Source: Terriglobia bacterium | GTDB taxonomy: Bacteria > Acidobacteriota > Terriglobia > 20CM-2-55-15 | Assembly: GCA_965218585.1 (NCBI GenBank) | Contig: CBDCLE010000023.1 | Coordinates: forward strand, 10,162 to 74,161 | DNA: 64,000 nt | Direction: 5' to 3' | Part shown: positions 60,446 through 64,000 of the stretch, piece after piece | Layout: every line of letters starts with the position of its first letter | Numbering within the stretch: position 1 is the first letter of the stretch | Made by a program: the position numbers and the translations under genes | The notes under the pieces: generated by a model | The model's database searches: none | The model's input: the letters and a program-made list of their open reading frames with translations, nothing else | What the model was told of the DNA's origin: nothing

Positions 60446-61395
60446 GCGGTGCGCACAAACTCGATGTGTTCGCAGGCGTCGAAACGGTGGCCGGAGATCT
60501 GCGCAACCTTGCCGACGTTGACCGGGCTGTCAAGGGCATGGACGCCGTCTACCATCTGGCCGCGGCCTTCGGTGGCCCCTTCGACAATCGCCAGTATCTG
60601 GACATAAACGCGATCGGTACGCTCAATCTGCTGGAGAGCGTGCACGCCCACTGCCCCAATCTCCAACGCTTCGTATATGCCAGCACCGTCGCCGTCTATC
60701 TACGGCTGGAGAAGAATGGTCGCTATTTCGAGGAGCCCATTCGAGAGAACATGGCCGCCCGCTATCACCAAATGCCCTACTTTCTCAGCAAATGGATTGG
60801 CGAAGAGCTGACCATGGCGTACCACTACCAGTACGATCTGCCGGCGACCTCCTTTCGCTTCTCCACAATTGTCGAGCCTAGCGAGTTCTTGAACGAGGCC
60901 GGCCTGCCAAAACTCCTGGCCTTCAGCACCGCGGTCGACCACTGCAAAAGCATAGAGAGCAGTGATCCGGAAACGAAGGCGATGATCCTCAACCTCAATT
61001 CCCAGTGGACCGGCCGCGATCAACTCCTTCTCAGCCGCAACCCCAACGGTGTACCCTACAAAGAGCACTTCAGCGATGTGCGCGACATCGCCCGCGGTCT
61101 GCTGTTGGGCCTCGAAAGGCAGGAAGCCGTCGGCGAAGAGTTCAACTTGGCTGGCAGCGTGGTCATCGATTGGGAAGAGGCTGTCCCGCGCCTGGCCGAA
61201 CGCTTCGGTGTCAGCTACGCCGACGCGCGCCTGCCGACGCCTGTCCGCTATACGCTTGATCTGACCAAAATCCATTCCAAACTCGGCTTCGAACCGCAGC
61301 ACGATCTGAACAGCGTCATCGAGACCGCAGAAGCCATCCGCCGCGGCGAAAAAACGGACGTCGTCCCTACCGGCATCCGCTACGGAGAGGGCTGA
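60442..61395 (+). pseudogene. NAD-dependent epimerase/dehydratase, 5'-truncated (no GxxGxxG)
   Basis: Aligns to the paralogue at 61744 only from residue ~36 (ASGAHKLDVF vs ASRANKLDAF); HLAA and YFLSK present. Confidence 0.75.
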
Positions 61396-61518
61396 TGCCG
61401 CGTCCTTCGAGCCGGCCCTTCCCCGAAAAGCGGGAATTTATCCCAGACTCCGGCCCGCCAAACGATCCATCTGTCCCCGCAAAAGGACCGCCCCATAGGC
61501 AGCACTCCATCGTCTGCT

Positions 61519-61562
61519 ATCCTGAAAATCCCCGGAATTCCTGCGAATCCTGATTCAGACAA
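61519..61562 (+). repeat. Short ATCC(T)G-rich repeat ending in GATTCAGACAA
   Basis: ATCCTGAAAATCCCGGAATTCCTGCGAATCCTGATTCAGACAA. Confidence 0.45.
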
Positions 61563-61743
61563 CGAGCCGAGCTACCAAACCGTCCCCTCGGTTTGGCAGG
61601 AAGAATCAGGTGCCGGATAATTAGCAACTGGCCGCATGGTAACTTTGTCAGGAAACTTTATTCGAGAATTCGCCGAAAACCTTTCCTTTCATACATGCTG
61701 CGAGAACTGAGACCCTGAACTAAAGAAACTGAAAGGTCCCGCA

Positions 61744-62803
61744 ATGAAGATTCTGGTAACCGGCGGCACAGGCCGGGTCGGCGCCAATCTGGTCACCCGC
61801 CTGCTGAACAAAGGACACGATATTCGTACTCTCGTTTATCCAGGTGATGCCAGTCGCGCAAATAAGCTGGACGCCTTCGCCAGCGTCGAAACAGTCACCG
61901 GCGATCTCCGCAACCTGGATGATGTCCGCAGCGCTGTCAAAGGTGTTGACGCCATCGTCCATCTTGCCGCAGCCTTCGGCGGTCCATTCGACAACCGGCA
62001 ATACCTGGACATCAACGCCATGGGAACCCTCAATCTTCTGGAGAGCGTTCGCGCTGAATGTCCCAACCTGCACCGCTTCGTATACGCCTGTACTGAGGCC
62101 GTCTACTGGCGTCTGGAGGGACTACGGTCGCTACTTCGAAGAGCCGATCACCGAAGATATGGTCGCCCGCTACCACCAGATGCCCTACTTTCTCACCAAA
62201 TGGATCGGTGAGGAGCTGGCCATGGCCTACTACTACCAATATGACGTGCCCGCGACCTCCTTCCGCTTTTCCACAATCATCGAACCGAGTGAATTCTTCG
62301 ATGAGGCCGGCGTGCCGATGCGATTCGCCTTCAGTCCAGTTTACGAGCGCTTCAAATCGATGAAAAGCAGTGATCCGGACACACAGGCGATGCTCGACGA
62401 CCTCAGAGCCCAGTGGACTGGCGAAGATCAACTTCTCCTCAACCGCAACCCCAACGGTGTCCCCCACAAACAGCACTTCTGCGATGTTCGCGACATCGCA
62501 CGCGGCCTGGTCTTAGGTATCGAAAAGGAGGAGGCCGTTGGCGAGGAGTTTACACTGGGTGGCGCCGCAATCATTGACTGGGGCGAAGCTGTCCCTTGGC
62601 TGGCCGAACGTTACGACCTCAGTTTCGCCGACGCGCGAACGCCCGAAGCGAACTACTTTACGCTTGATCTGACCAAAATTCAGACACGCCTTGGCTTCAA
62701 ACCCAAGCATGATCTCGTCAATATCGTCGAGACCGCCGAAGCCATCCGCCGCGGTGAGGAGACCGATGTCGTCCCCACCGGCATTCGCTACGGAGAAAAT
62801 TGA
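61744..62803 (+). CDS. NAD-dependent epimerase/dehydratase (frameshift ~62120)
   Basis: MKILVTGGTGRVG, HLAA, YFLTK; tandem paralogue of the preceding gene. Confidence 0.85.
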
Positions 62804-62870
62804 AGCTCTGCCCTTGGCCCCCGTCCTGAACAGGACGCTCCGCACCTGAAAAAAAGGAGAAAGACTTTCG

Positions 62871-64000
62871 ATGAACAGCGCTACGATCTCCGCCATCGAG
62901 TGGGGCACCCTTGTAGGCCAGCGGCCGCGACAAGCAGGCTGCAACTCCCGCCTCGCCGTCCACGGAAACGACGTCCAGGTGCCCCTGGCCCGCATCACCA
63001 CGACAGATGGAACGACGGGCTTCGGCGCCTGCCGCCCCTTGAGCCAGCAGCAAGCCCACGCCTTTCTCGGCGAGCGGGTCGACGACCTCATTGACGCCAG
63101 CCACGGCGTCGCACCGCGCGCCGCCTCCCCTTGAATTCCCGCTGTGGGATCTGCAGGGCCAGCGCACCGGCCTCCCAGTCTACCAACTCCTGGCGGAATC
63201 GGCCGGCAAAACAGTTACTGAGCCCCAGCGCGTTCGCTGCTACGACACCTCCCTCTATATTGACGACCTACACCTCGCGACCGACGAAGAGGGTGCCGCC
63301 CTTATCGCCTCCGAGGCCCGCTTCGGCTATGAGCACGGCCATCGCTCTTTTAAGATCAAGGTTGGCCGCGGCGCACGGCACATGCCCCTCCTGGAAGGCA
63401 ATCGCCGCGACGTGGCCGTCATCCGGGCCGTACGCGCAGAAGTCGGCCCCGACGCCGCCATCCTTATCGATGCCAACAACGGCTACAATCTCAACATCTC
63501 GAAGCATATCCTGGCCGAAACCGCCGACTGTAACCTCTTCTGGCTCGAAGAAGCCTTTCACGAGGACGGCGCACTCTACGAGGATCTGCATGAATGGATT
63601 GAGCGTGAGGGGTTGTCGACCAACATCGCCGACGGCGAGGGTCAGGCCTCTCCTATGCTCCTGGACTACGCCCGCGACGGTTTCGTCGACATCATTCAGT
63701 ACGATATTTTCAGCTATGGAATAACCAACTGGCTGGAGACCGGCGCCCGCCTCGACGGTTGGAACGTAAGCACAGCGCCGCATCACTACGGCGCCACGTC
63801 GGCAACTATGTCTCCGGCCATCTGGCCTCAGCCGTCGAAGGCTTTCTCTTCATCGAGTGGGACGAGGTCTCCACGCCTGGGCTGGACGGGTCGGCCTACC
63901 AGGTGGAGGATGGCCATGTTCTCATGCCGGACACACCCGGCTTCGGCCTGAAACTCGATGAAGAGCTTTTCCAGCAGGCTGTTGCCGCCAACGGATTCGC
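62871..64000 (+). CDS. Mandelate racemase/enolase superfamily protein, frameshifted and 3'-partial
   Basis: PLWDL.G..TGLPVYQLL, FKIKVG, IDANN, WLEEAF, ADGE, PGFGL. Confidence 0.82.

Noticed and set aside
17990-63800. Many frameshifts read as mass pseudogenisation or programmed frameshifting
   Set aside because: Those I checked are single-base indels in short G or T runs (~18015, ~24715, ~33293), and others cluster at 25.0-25.5 kb. This is typical of low-coverage long-read consensus, and no slippery-site pattern was seen.

Overview
GC-rich bacterial chromosome segment. The gene repertoire suggests Acidobacteriota: an Oar-type TonB-dependent receptor, a DUF1592/DUF1552/ankyrin triad, DUF6152 and many secreted PQQ-like propellers. 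This taxonomy is inference only. Many single-base frameshifts fall in short homopolymers and are most likely long-read consensus errors. Main content: two arylsulfotransferase paralogues; split FO synthase cofG/cofH with an LLM-class (F420-type) oxidoreductase nearby; a complete propionyl-CoA to succinyl-CoA operon (scpA-pccB-pccA-meaB-mce) plus a second meaB; six secreted PQQ-like beta-propellers; a TonB receptor, S9 peptidase, GGT, NSS transporter and amidohydrolase; and a truncated tRNA next to a RelE/Phd pair. Further right are an M14 peptidase, an orphan EhpF/GriC-EhpG/GriD-like operon with a GT4, an ABC exporter and a propeller broken by a 1856-bp IS, and a head-to-head junction of two 5'-truncated genes at about 60.44 kb. 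The two best candidates for an undescribed system are (1) five dispersed ~80-90-nt two-hairpin intergenic elements with compensatory base changes and AGGAT loops that are individually inverted in some copies, and (2) the orphan acid-reductase/glycosyltransferase/ABC/propeller operon.
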